From contig JAHLWP010000024.1 in the NCBI GenBank assembly GCA_019057865.1, positions 1 to 61,242 on the forward strand: DNA of 61,242 nt, in the 5' to 3' direction. The translations under genes and the position numbers were made by a program. Source of the stretch: Promethearchaeota archaeon (lineage in GTDB: Archaea > Asgardarchaeota > Lokiarchaeia > Sigyniarchaeales > SOKP01). Position 1 is the first letter of the stretch. Every line of letters starts with the position of its first letter. Below are positions 21,370 to 33,880 of this stretch, piece by piece. Below the pieces are notes generated by a model. That model saw only the letters and a program-made list of their open reading frames with translations. It searched no databases and had not been told where the DNA came from.

Positions 21370-21460
21370 TTAAATCAAGATTATTAAGATAGAATTTTTT
21401 ATAATATTTACTAAGAAATTAAGATTAGTAAAAATATAATGAGTTATTTTCGGTCGATTT

Positions 21461-21649
21461 TTACCGTACTCTTAAAGCGTATTTCCCAGGAAAATGGATC
21501 TTGAGGTCTTGTGCCATTTTTGATTCCTTAGGATTTATTATTATGACCTCTCCAGTGAAATCTTCACTTAGAGTATGCGTCTTGCATTTAGGGCATAAAA
21601 TTTCATTTTTAGTTATTAAATGACAATTTTTACATGCCTTCTCTTTCAT
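21461..21649 (-). CDS. spt4: transcription elongation factor Spt4 (RpoE'')
   Basis: KACKNC...CPKC...PGKYALRVR. Confidence 0.95.
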   Translation of the reverse strand: MKEKACKNCHLITKNEILCPKCKTHTLSEDFTGEVIIINPKESKMAQDLKIHFPGKYALRVR

Positions 21650-21675
21650 GATTCACACTTAATTGATAATATTTA

Positions 21676-22281
21676 TTATTCTTTATTTTCTTCTTCTTCA
21701 ACACTTTCTTTTGTTTTTTTTGCTTCTTTTTCTGCAATTTCTTCTTCTATATCATTCTGAATCCACTCTTCTTTTCCCAAGAACTTTTGTCGCATTGTTA
21801 ATCCAAGTTTTCCACTTCTACCTGTACCAAGAGACACAGCAATAATTCTTGCGCGAACATTATCATTAACTTCAAGGATTTTTCCCGTTTCTTTACCAAT
21901 AAATCGATTTCCAACTTGTTCAAAAGAAATATAATCATCACAGATTTGGGAGACATGAACTAATCCATCTAAGGGACCAAGACGGCAAAAACTCCCAAAA
22001 TCAACTACTTCTACTATGGTTCCCTCGACAACTTCACCAACACTAGGTTTGAATGTTAAAATTGTAAATTCAACTTCATGAAATGTGTTAGCATTTCCAG
22101 GTATTACTAATCCCTGTGAAACAGAAAGTATATCCACAACTGTTATAATAAACCCAAAATTCCTTGTAATGATCCCTTCATAATCTTCCCTCAAAATAAT
22201 TCGTGCACTTGTTTCTTTAGGTTGATCAAACAGAAATGGTGGAATTTCAACCTTACTTTGAATTGTATATAGTTTAAACAT
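21676..22281 (-). CDS. rpoE1: DNA-directed RNA polymerase subunit E' (Rpo7)
   Basis: GEVVEG.IVEVVDFG.F.RLGPLDGLVHVSQI, KLGLTMRQ.FLGK.EW. Confidence 0.96.
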   Translation of the reverse strand: MFKLYTIQSKVEIPPFLFDQPKETSARIILREDYEGIITRNFGFIITVVDILSVSQGLVIPGNANTFHEVEFTILTFKPSVGEVVEGTIVEVVDFGSFCRLGPLDGLVHVSQICDDYISFEQVGNRFIGKETGKILEVNDNVRARIIAVSLGTGRSGKLGLTMRQKFLGKEEWIQNDIEEEIAEKEAKKTKESVEEEENKE

Positions 22282-22406
22282 ATCAATGTACCTAAAAAGT
22301 AGATAACGTTTTGTGTTGAAAAAAAATGTACTAAAAAATTAATAGTTTGTGGTTTTTATACATTGTTTTATCCTAAAAATGACAACTTTCAAAAAGAATA
22401 AAGAAA

Positions 22407-22781
22407 TTAAATCAATTTTGAGATTTTCTCACAAGTTCTTTTGCAATCGAGAAATATTAATCCTAATCTAACCTCTTTCGTTGTAGAAACCGTTAATACA
22501 GCGTTAGGACCCGCTTGCATGACTAACAGATAACCGTCCGACCCCTTTACATATAATTCAGAAAATTCCCCCTTTTCCATCTCGATAACCGACCTTTCAG
22601 CTAAAGAGAGAAGCGCGGCTGTCATTGCAGCAATCCTGGTTTCGTCAACACCGTAAGGAAGGGCTGAGGCTATGGGCAGACCTTCAGCAGAGACAATTGA
22701 GGCAGCTTTCACCTCTGGAATAGCTGCCAATAATTTTTTCAATATGTCATCAAGACTCTCAGTCGTTTCCATAGAAAACAA
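22407..22781 (-). CDS. roadblock/LC7 (MglB-like) protein
   Basis: IVSAEGLPIASALP...RIAAMTAALLSLAERS...VRLGLIFLD. Confidence 0.93.
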   Translation of the reverse strand: MFSMETTESLDDILKKLLAAIPEVKAASIVSAEGLPIASALPYGVDETRIAAMTAALLSLAERSVIEMEKGEFSELYVKGSDGYLLVMQAGPNAVLTVSTTKEVRLGLIFLDCKRTCEKISKLI

Positions 22782-22983
22782 TTTTTCATTAATTTTAATT
22801 TAGGATATTATTTGATGTTATTAGATTAATTAATATTAATATAATTAACTTATTTTAATTTTATTTAATTTTTTGTATTACATATTCTCTAATAAATCAT
22901 ATTATTATTTCTTTATTAATTAAATTTCAAAAATACCGTAATAACACATAATTACTTAATAATGAATAGATTTTCAAAATTTT

Positions 22984-24042
22984 TCAAATATTTAATTGAT
23001 ATTTTTTTGTAGTTTCAATCATTGTCTTAATATTTTTAGGATTAACTTTTGAATTTATTTGTTGAGTGGGTGAAATAATTAGTGGACTCATTGTTTCCCT
23101 TGATTTCTTAATTAATTTTGTAACATATTTTTCAACTTGTTGAGGTGTTCCAAATGAGAGGAGGGAAATATCCAAATTGCCTATAAAACATATTTCATTT
23201 TGGAATCTTTTAAATAAACTGAAAATGTCAACTCCTGCATTAGGTTCTAGACTCTGAACAGCATCAAATCCTAAATCAATAAATATTTCCATCATATCCG
23301 AGATGTATCCATCAGAATGAATTATTATTTTTTGATTTTTTTCGTGAATCATTTTTATAATTTCTTGGTATTTACTGAAGAATATTTTTCGCCAGATTTT
23401 TTTAGGGATAAATTCTCTTTTTTTATAGCCGCAATCATCGGCAATAAGAAAAATTATTGCACCAGCGTGTTGGAGAAGATGAATTAATTCTTTAAGATAT
23501 TGTGCAAAAAAATTAACAATTTCCTCAATAAGGTTTAAATTTAATTTTAAACATTTCGCGAAGTATTTAAAACCCATCGATTGCCAAGTTTTTTCGAATA
23601 AACCAGGTAAAGAAAATATCAAGTTAATTTTGTTTTTATTTTTATGTAAAAAGGCTTTCAATGCTATTATTTTATTTTTTGAAGGCAACTTTAAATGTTT
23701 CCAATTTGCAACAGTTTGCTCATCTTTAAAAACCCCCTCCCACATATACCAATTTTCTTTATATACACGTCCCCATCCATCCACTCTTAATTGATTTGAT
23801 AATATGTATCCTCCTTTACCTTTTCTGTAATCCCACATAGAAATAGCATCAAAACCCATCTGTTTTATAATATCATAATCTTTTCGGTCGAGAACTAGGT
23901 TTTCATTATTCAATTTAAGATTATACAAATTAACATAATTATTTATGAATTGTTGTTCCGGATATCCTGTACAATACAAAGGAATCCTGGATACAGGCTC
24001 TTTTGATAAAACTTTTAAGAAATCATTTTTTTCAGATTTCAT
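22984..24042 (-). CDS. uroporphyrinogen decarboxylase family protein
   Basis: ADDCG, HSDG, IGNLD, GTPQQV. Confidence 0.85.
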   Translation of the reverse strand: MKSEKNDFLKVLSKEPVSRIPLYCTGYPEQQFINNYVNLYNLKLNNENLVLDRKDYDIIKQMGFDAISMWDYRKGKGGYILSNQLRVDGWGRVYKENWYMWEGVFKDEQTVANWKHLKLPSKNKIIALKAFLHKNKNKINLIFSLPGLFEKTWQSMGFKYFAKCLKLNLNLIEEIVNFFAQYLKELIHLLQHAGAIIFLIADDCGYKKREFIPKKIWRKIFFSKYQEIIKMIHEKNQKIIIHSDGYISDMMEIFIDLGFDAVQSLEPNAGVDIFSLFKRFQNEICFIGNLDISLLSFGTPQQVEKYVTKLIKKSRETMSPLIISPTQQINSKVNPKNIKTMIETTKKYQLNI

Positions 24043-24055
24043 CTTTATTTACTAA

Positions 24056-24610
24056 TTATTTATTATCCTCTTTCATAATATAACGAAATATGCAACGATT
24101 TTTGCCTGTTGCATGTCTATCTTTGAGAACGAGTTTTATATCTGGATTGTATCCTTCAAGAATTTTATAATCTACATATTTACAATAAATTTTAGAATAT
24201 TCCTCTAATCCCCAACTTTTTGCAGCATTATAAAAGGTACAATGTTTTATTTTAGCAACAAAATCTCCATCTGGTGTAGTTGTAATTGGACGGAAATTTT
24301 TGAATGAATCAATATCAGAATAAATTAACCAATTTTTAAAAGTGAGAGGTTTTTCCTCTGATTTCACCTTTTCGGCAATTTTTTTTCCTCTTTCAAATCC
24401 AAATTCTTCAATAGCGCTTTTAAGAATTGCTTCTCCTTCTTCAGGTCCCAATCTGTTTACAATATGCTTAGCTATCGTTGAAAATATTTGAGCAGCTAAT
24501 CCAAATCCAGGTGTTTGATATTTATCATCTAACTCCTTCTTCTTGTCAAGAACATCACCTAAATATTCGAAATCAAAACCCAATTTCTTTTCTCTTTTTA
24601 AATCGTCCAT
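24056..24610 (-). CDS. L-2-amino-thiazoline-4-carboxylic acid hydrolase family protein
   Basis: FG.ERG, CTFYNAAKSWG...IYCKYVD..ILEGYNP...C.F. Confidence 0.8.
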   Translation of the reverse strand: MDDLKREKKLGFDFEYLGDVLDKKKELDDKYQTPGFGLAAQIFSTIAKHIVNRLGPEEGEAILKSAIEEFGFERGKKIAEKVKSEEKPLTFKNWLIYSDIDSFKNFRPITTTPDGDFVAKIKHCTFYNAAKSWGLEEYSKIYCKYVDYKILEGYNPDIKLVLKDRHATGKNRCIFRYIMKEDNK

Positions 24611-24725
24611 AATTCATTATTAGTATTTTTATTATTTTGAAATTATCTTTTTTGACCAAATCAAAGAATAATTATGTGATTGTTACTTATTTCAATAATT
24701 AAATACATATTTTAGCTTATTAATT

Positions 24726-25883
24726 ATGGATTATTGGACTGCAATTGACGCAATATATAATACAACATTGTCTTTCTCTTTTTTTGTACTAACATTTATA
24801 ATGCTTTATATCGGACGTACAGGTTTAAAAGCAAGGAATCGGTATGGTGGAATTTCAACTATAATTTGTGGAATTTTGTTTTTAATTTTTGGATATGTCA
24901 ATTCTACTGCGAGATTTTTTCCCTATCCATATAATGGATTTATGATTTGGTGGATTTGGATGAACATAGTTGTCAGTATAATTTTTGCATTATTAATTAA
25001 AAAACAAAAAAAGAAATTACAAGCAGAAAGTATAGTTGTAGGATCAGAGAGTAGCAATTATGGTAAAAAAACAATATTACAAAGATATGTTGAAAGGATG
25101 ACAAAAGAAAATCCTTATAGAGACGATATATCATTTAAACACGAGGTAATAAGAAAGAGTTTCCATTTAATGGGATTTCTTCTTGTTATAGCATATTTTG
25201 GATTTTTCTTTATGTATCCACTCACTCTTATTGTAAGTGATAGTGTAATATTCTTAATTAATCACATTGAACCTGCTTATGAATTTGTATGGGGACCTAT
25301 TTCCCTTTTTCCCCATAGTCCAGGGGAATTCCAAGCGATTGTTGATCTTACTATGATGGCTTTAATTGGAGCTCTTATATTTGCTTTAATATCGGATCTG
25401 ATTAGAATTCTTTGGGGTCCAGAGTATTCACTTTTTAATTTTCTTACAAGATCTATGTTAAGGAATAAGGAGATAAATGCAGCAGGACCACAGATTTATA
25501 TTATTACAGGATTTATTTTTTCATATATGCTTTATATGGCAGATTTAATTCATATAGCAGCGGTATTTTCAGGAATTCTTATTGCATGCTTATCGGATGC
25601 TGCAGCGGCATTAATTGGAAAACGATATGGAAAACATAAAATTAAAGTAAGAAGTAAAGGCACTAAATCTGTTGAGGGCTTTCTTGCTGGCACCATTGTT
25701 GCATATATCATCGGATTTGTTCTTGTAGGACCAATTTATGCTTTAATCGGAGCATTTATTTTCTTTTTAACAGATTATTTTCCAAAATATACGGCTGATA
25801 ATATTTTGAATCCAATTGCAATCCCCATTGGAATCCAGTTATTTATAGTTCTATTAGGATTACCAGTTGGATGGTTTTTTTAA
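24726..25883 (+). CDS. dolichol/phytol kinase-like polytopic membrane protein (CTP-dependent)
   Basis: EVIRKSFH, SDAAAALIGKRYGKHK...KSVEG, DN; multiple TM segments. Confidence 0.85.
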   Translation: MDYWTAIDAIYNTTLSFSFFVLTFIMLYIGRTGLKARNRYGGISTIICGILFLIFGYVNSTARFFPYPYNGFMIWWIWMNIVVSIIFALLIKKQKKKLQAESIVVGSESSNYGKKTILQRYVERMTKENPYRDDISFKHEVIRKSFHLMGFLLVIAYFGFFFMYPLTLIVSDSVIFLINHIEPAYEFVWGPISLFPHSPGEFQAIVDLTMMALIGALIFALISDLIRILWGPEYSLFNFLTRSMLRNKEINAAGPQIYIITGFIFSYMLYMADLIHIAAVFSGILIACLSDAAAALIGKRYGKHKIKVRSKGTKSVEGFLAGTIVAYIIGFVLVGPIYALIGAFIFFLTDYFPKYTADNILNPIAIPIGIQLFIVLLGLPVGWFF

Positions 25884-25921
25884 ATATCTATAAAAAATAA
25901 AGTGATTTAAGAAATATTCTT

Positions 25922-26767
25922 ATGAGAAAATTAATAGAGGATTTAGAAAATATCAAATTAGCAATTTTTGACTTAGATGGTGTAATATATCGGGGAGAAA
26001 CGCTAATACCGAGTGCTGATAAAGTTATACAAGATTTAAAGAATCTTTCAGTAAAAGTTGTATATAATTCTAATAATTCTACTGCAACTAGGCAAATGTA
26101 TGTTGATAGGTTAAAAAAATTTGATATATTAACCGAAATAGATGATGTTTATACCAGTGCTTCAATAAGTGCCTTTGAAATCACTAAAATAAAGAAAAAT
26201 GCAAATATATTTGTAATTGGAGAAAAAGGACTTAGAAAAGAATTGAAATTGAAGGGTCATAAGGTTATTGAAGATCCTCCCAATTATAATGATATTGATT
26301 TTGTAATAGTAGGACTTTGCCGTAATCTGACTTATAAAGACTTGGCTATAGCCCAGAAATGCATCTTAGAAGGGAATGCTCAATTTTATGCAACAAATAC
26401 CGACCCAACCTTACCTGCTTCTAGAGGATTTTTACCAGGAGCAGGAGTTATGGTTAAAGCTATTGAAACCTGCACCGCTAGAAAACCTATAAAGATCTTT
26501 GGAAAGCCCTCACCACTTGGAATCAATCTAATTCTAGAAGATACAACAATACCTCCGAAAAAAGTAGCTATGTTTGGAGATCGTATAGAAACTGACGTAT
26601 TAGCAGGTAATCGTGCTGATATTAAAACAATTGCAGTTTTGACGGGAGTTACTACAAAAGATATGATAAATGATATAAAAAATAAAGCTAAAAAATTAGT
26701 AGATTTTGATGAAAATCTAATCCCAGATTTAGTGCTTAATTCATTAGATGAGATATTTAAAAAATAA
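25922..26767 (+). CDS. HAD-IIA family hydrolase (NagD-like)
   Basis: DLDGVIY, SNNS, GKPS, GDRIETD, VLTGVT. Confidence 0.93.
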   Translation: MRKLIEDLENIKLAIFDLDGVIYRGETLIPSADKVIQDLKNLSVKVVYNSNNSTATRQMYVDRLKKFDILTEIDDVYTSASISAFEITKIKKNANIFVIGEKGLRKELKLKGHKVIEDPPNYNDIDFVIVGLCRNLTYKDLAIAQKCILEGNAQFYATNTDPTLPASRGFLPGAGVMVKAIETCTARKPIKIFGKPSPLGINLILEDTTIPPKKVAMFGDRIETDVLAGNRADIKTIAVLTGVTTKDMINDIKNKAKKLVDFDENLIPDLVLNSLDEIFKK

Positions 26768-26772
26768 TCTGG

Positions 26773-27306
26773 TTATATTAGCCCTGATCTTCTCATCATT
26801 AATCGACCGATTTCAATGAAAATATCGTCTATATTTTCACCGCTTTTTGCTGAACATTCAACAAATCCATATAAATTGCTTTTTTTTGCTAATTCGAAAG
26901 CATCATTACTGGATACTGCTCTTTTATACTGGAGATCTAATTTCCCGCCTACCATTATAACGGGGATTTGCTGTTCCTTACCTGTATAAGCTCTTTTAAA
27001 AATATCTAACCAATCATCAAAATTTTTTAAGCTAGAATATCTGGTTACATCATACATAAAAATTCCTCCTGAAGCTCCAATAACATAACTAGGAAGGAGG
27101 AACCTAAATCTTTCTTCACCAGCAAAATCCCATATTTGTAATGATACTTTCAATCCATCAATCTCTAATTTCTTTACATGAAAATCTACACCAATTGTCA
27201 TTGTGGAATCACCTTTAAAAACACCAGTCATATATCGATTTACTAATGTCGTCTTCCCTACGCCCCCATCGCCGAAAAATACTATCTTGAACATCGCGTC
27301 AGCCAA
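26773..27306 (-). CDS. Rab-like small GTPase
   Basis: GDGGVGKT, TIGVDF, WDFAGEERF, GKLD, ECSAK; no C-terminal prenylation Cys. Confidence 0.95.
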   Translation of the reverse strand: MADAMFKIVFFGDGGVGKTTLVNRYMTGVFKGDSTMTIGVDFHVKKLEIDGLKVSLQIWDFAGEERFRFLLPSYVIGASGGIFMYDVTRYSSLKNFDDWLDIFKRAYTGKEQQIPVIMVGGKLDLQYKRAVSSNDAFELAKKSNLYGFVECSAKSGENIDDIFIEIGRLMMRRSGLI

Positions 27307-27501
27307 TTATTTTCCATCTCCTCTTCAAAATTTCCAGTCTAGCTATTTTATTAAGCATTTTTCTCATAAGGGTTTGAATTTAATGATTTAAGCTTATAGT
27401 CCTACTTCTACATACTTTATTAAATATAATAATTATAATAAATTTGATTCTTTTAAGTATTTAGTATTAGAAAGTATTAAAAAGTGCTTTAAAGTTTTTT
27501 A

Positions 27502-28917
27502 TTATTTTTTATAAAAAGAATTTTTTCTATATAATTCTGAGTATATTTTAAGAAAACGATAATTTGAAAGTCTTGTATTAATTATGGAATCTTTTTGTAT
27601 AAATTCATTTGGAGAATGGGCAAAACCTCCGATTCCTAAACCACCTGTTATGAAATTTAGTCCCAGTTCTTTATTAATCATACTTAAAGGAGCAGCAGCA
27701 GCACTTATAGGCCAAATTTCAGAGGAGATTCCATTAAAACTTTTAATCAGACTCTTTACTAAAATTGATTCCTCTTTTACTCTTGAACCTTCATACCCAA
27801 TATTTTTTATCAATTCGATTTGACATTTTGATTTTGTAGCAAATAATTCAACTTTTTCTTTAATTTCTTTATAAATTTCATCAACAGAAACTCTATGTGC
27901 AAATCTGATATCTATATTACATAATGCTTGATTAGGGACCATATTTTTTATACCCTTTTCTAAATATCCAGATTTCAATGTAGAAATATTAAATGTTGGC
28001 TTAAAAAGATAATTAATAAAAGCGTTTTTGGGATCTTCTTCAAGTGTTTGTATTATTCCCGCTTTATTTTTAATTTTTTCAATGTCTAATTGTTTTATTA
28101 AATCTTCTATAAGTAATTGCTCGTTAGTTGTAATTTTATATGGTTCTTTAAGACTATCGATATGAAATTCATTTTTAGAATATATACTATTAATTAGAGA
28201 GATTAACTCAATGGCGGGGTTAACAATCATAGCACTAAAGGCAGAATGGGGTTCTTTATTTTTTGATTTGACTTCAATTGTTAGGGATAAGATTCCTTTA
28301 TAACCTAATTTTAAAACTGAAATGCTATTTAAATCTTGTTTCGTTGACGGATAATAAGAATCAATACAATTTTCAAATATCTTTCTGTTAGTTTTAATAA
28401 ATTTTAGGAGTGAAGGTGAACCAATCTCTTCTTCACCATCAAAAAATAATATTAATGATATGAGTAATTTATTATTTTCTTTCAATATTTTTATGATATT
28501 TAAAAAACATAATAAAGGTGTTTTTGAATTATATGCCCCTCTTGCTATAATACAATCTCCTAACATATCTAGCGGGGGAGGAAATTTATGGATTTCGGCG
28601 CCAAAGGGTTCACTAATCCATTCTTTTTCTTTATTGACAGGTTGAGTATCGTACATCATGTATATTAATAGAGGATCTTTTATCTGTCCCTCTACTTTAG
28701 CTAAGATTAAAGAGTTAATCTCTCCTTCAATTTCTTTTATCTCTTTACAAAATCCTGAGATATAAGAAATAATATACTCTTTTGCTTGATTAATTCCTTC
28801 CTTATTGAGTGTATTACTTGGAATTCTTAAAAAGGGAAGTAATTCATTCTCAAGAAATTCCCTATTAGATTTTATTACTATATTCTCAATATTATTATTT
28901 GATTTCACAATACTCAC
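27502..28917 (-). CDS. M20/M25/M40 family peptidase-like protein
   Basis: YDTQP, ARGA, GEEEIGSP, HSPNE; some metal ligands look substituted. Confidence 0.85.
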   Translation of the reverse strand: MSIVKSNNNIENIVIKSNREFLENELLPFLRIPSNTLNKEGINQAKEYIISYISGFCKEIKEIEGEINSLILAKVEGQIKDPLLIYMMYDTQPVNKEKEWISEPFGAEIHKFPPPLDMLGDCIIARGAYNSKTPLLCFLNIIKILKENNKLLISLILFFDGEEEIGSPSLLKFIKTNRKIFENCIDSYYPSTKQDLNSISVLKLGYKGILSLTIEVKSKNKEPHSAFSAMIVNPAIELISLINSIYSKNEFHIDSLKEPYKITTNEQLLIEDLIKQLDIEKIKNKAGIIQTLEEDPKNAFINYLFKPTFNISTLKSGYLEKGIKNMVPNQALCNIDIRFAHRVSVDEIYKEIKEKVELFATKSKCQIELIKNIGYEGSRVKEESILVKSLIKSFNGISSEIWPISAAAAPLSMINKELGLNFITGGLGIGGFAHSPNEFIQKDSIINTRLSNYRFLKIYSELYRKNSFYKK

Positions 28918-28987
28918 ATATAATACAATAGTTAAATATTTTTAATTATTTGTCCTAATATAATTCAAAAATTAAGTTTATAGTTGA

Positions 28988-29368
28988 ATGAGTAAAATGG
29001 ATCACTCTAATTTACATCAATTAAACTTAATATTAGATGAAATAAGACAGATAGGGAAATTAGAAGGTATATTATTGACCTATCGCGATGGAGGTCTTAT
29101 TGTAGAAAATATTAGTAAAGATATTGATAGAAAAAAATTTGCTTCCATGTGTGCTTCTGTATTAGAAAGTGCTGAAGAGCTAGGTAGAACGATAGATGAT
29201 AGAAATATCAAAAAAATCGTAACAGAAATAGACAAAAAATCAATCTTGATTATTAAATGTGATGATAAAACATTTCTAACACTTATAATCAATGATGAAT
29301 CTAAAATTGGATTAATTTTGGACCAATTAGAAACATATATTCAACGGATATTAGACGAATTTTATTGA
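28988..29368 (+). CDS. roadblock/LC7 domain protein
   Basis: LLTYRDGGLI...FASMCASVLESAEELG...KIGLIL. Confidence 0.85.
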   Translation: MSKMDHSNLHQLNLILDEIRQIGKLEGILLTYRDGGLIVENISKDIDRKKFASMCASVLESAEELGRTIDDRNIKKIVTEIDKKSILIIKCDDKTFLTLIINDESKIGLILDQLETYIQRILDEFY

Positions 29369-29371
29369 TAA

Positions 29372-29905
29372 TTAAATCTTAGAGAAGTTATAGCTTTTTT
29401 CTTTCTTCTCAATTAGTTTAAATAAACCTTGCGCTGTTATTGTTTCAATTATCTCATTTTCTTTCAAATGGTGATCATCAAAAGAGAGTCTTGAATCTAA
29501 CTTTAAGACACGATGAAATTCCTTCAATATACTTTCTTTATCTTTAATATCATGCAAAACATCAAAACACATAATAACATCGATATAATTATCATCTAGC
29601 CCAGTTTTATAATCTGTTTCGATAGTTATTATATTTTCTAACCCTTTTTTCATTGCTTTTTTATTTACTTTTTTAATCGCAAGAGTGTGTATATCTGCAG
29701 CAAATATTTTGCCACTTGGACCTACAATCTCTGCGGCTGCAAATGAATAACTTCCCGGTCCACATCCATAATCAAGGACAAAATCTCCTGATTTTATCTC
29801 CGCTATATCTACTTTTTTCATAGGTGATTTAAAAAAATCGCGAATTTTAAAGAAAAATGACATAAATCTAAAATCTAAATTTGATTGGCTCTTATTATGG
29901 CACAA
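29372..29905 (-). CDS. class I SAM-dependent methyltransferase
   Basis: VLDYGCGPG, AADI, EFHRVLK. Confidence 0.9.
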   Translation of the reverse strand: MCHNKSQSNLDFRFMSFFFKIRDFFKSPMKKVDIAEIKSGDFVLDYGCGPGSYSFAAAEIVGPSGKIFAADIHTLAIKKVNKKAMKKGLENIITIETDYKTGLDDNYIDVIMCFDVLHDIKDKESILKEFHRVLKLDSRLSFDDHHLKENEIIETITAQGLFKLIEKKEKSYNFSKI

Positions 29906-29964
29906 TTTAATCTTACCTACTTTTACTTTTATTTAATACGAAAATTATTAATAATAAAAAAATC

Positions 29965-32728
<2,764 letters not shown>

Positions 32729-32788
32729 TCAATATATTAAAATGTTTTAATTAGTACAATTCATATTTATTTTTTTTATAAATAAAAA

Positions 32789-33790
32789 TTAATCTTCATC
32801 AGGTATATATTGTATAAATAAACAATATTCATCACCTTTCATAAGAGTTTTTGGCTGTTTAAATCGTACTTTTGGATCCCATGCGGGACGATCCCACCAT
32901 GCAAAATCTGTTCGGCAATGAATTTGATATCCAATTTCAGGAAAACCAAACTCTTTCCAAATTTCTGCATATCGACATCGTGTTATTTTCATTTCAAAAC
33001 GATTTTTTGTTGCTTCTACTGTTTCTGTATCCTGTAAACCATAAGCCTCATTAATCTCCCACTCTTGTTCATTTAATAATTCTTCCCATTTAGCCACATC
33101 TCTTAAATCTCGAGGATTTAGATTAAATCTTTCAAATAATTCAAGATCTTCTTTTCTTCTTTCTTCCCTGGTTTCTTCTGCCATTTTAAGAACTGTATTG
33201 AAATATACTTCCCACATTCCATCTCCATATTTATTGTAGAGCTTTGGTAGTACACGGGCTAAACCTTCAATTTTTCCTTTTAAATGGATTTCATTTTGAG
33301 TAATTTTTATTTTTCGTTCATAATTCATAATGTAATTACATACAAAATCCCACTTACCATTAAATTCTTCTAATATAATGCTCAAACATCCTAGTTCCAA
33401 ATGTAATTCATTATCATCCCATCGATCACCTATCCCCGCAATAAAATTATACTTCTTATTTATTTTTTTTATTATTTCAAGTCGGTCTTTTTGAGTTTCT
33501 CCTAAATACACTTCTCCTTTTGGAAATCCTTCTTTCTCTAACCATTCTTTCGTATAGTCGATTGTGAATTTCGGTCTTGCTCCAATATAAACAATCTCAT
33601 ATCTATTCGATAATTTATTTAAGCAATTTACACTATTAGGTACAGCTTTATCTTTGATTATTGCTTCACGTTTATTAAATTCTAGTGTCTTTATTCCAAA
33701 ATGATGTCTCTGCCTTGTATCACAAATGGTACCATCTATAAATACTAAAATTGATTTCATTAGATCTATATTTTTTAACTTTTTAATCAA
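32789..33790 (-). CDS. fusion of a HAD-like domain and an ATC-hydrolase-like domain
   Basis: N-terminal FIDGTICD...GDRWDD; C-terminal CRYAEIWKEFG..IGYQIHC..D...TLMKGDEYC. Confidence 0.7.
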   Translation of the reverse strand: MIKKLKNIDLMKSILVFIDGTICDTRQRHHFGIKTLEFNKREAIIKDKAVPNSVNCLNKLSNRYEIVYIGARPKFTIDYTKEWLEKEGFPKGEVYLGETQKDRLEIIKKINKKYNFIAGIGDRWDDNELHLELGCLSIILEEFNGKWDFVCNYIMNYERKIKITQNEIHLKGKIEGLARVLPKLYNKYGDGMWEVYFNTVLKMAEETREERRKEDLELFERFNLNPRDLRDVAKWEELLNEQEWEINEAYGLQDTETVEATKNRFEMKITRCRYAEIWKEFGFPEIGYQIHCRTDFAWWDRPAWDPKVRFKQPKTLMKGDEYCLFIQYIPDED

Positions 33791-33880
33791 TTTTTCTATT
33801 TTATTAAAATTCCTATTTATAAGAAGAATAAAAAACTATGAAAAGATTAATATGCCTAATAAAATAGAATTTGTATAAGT

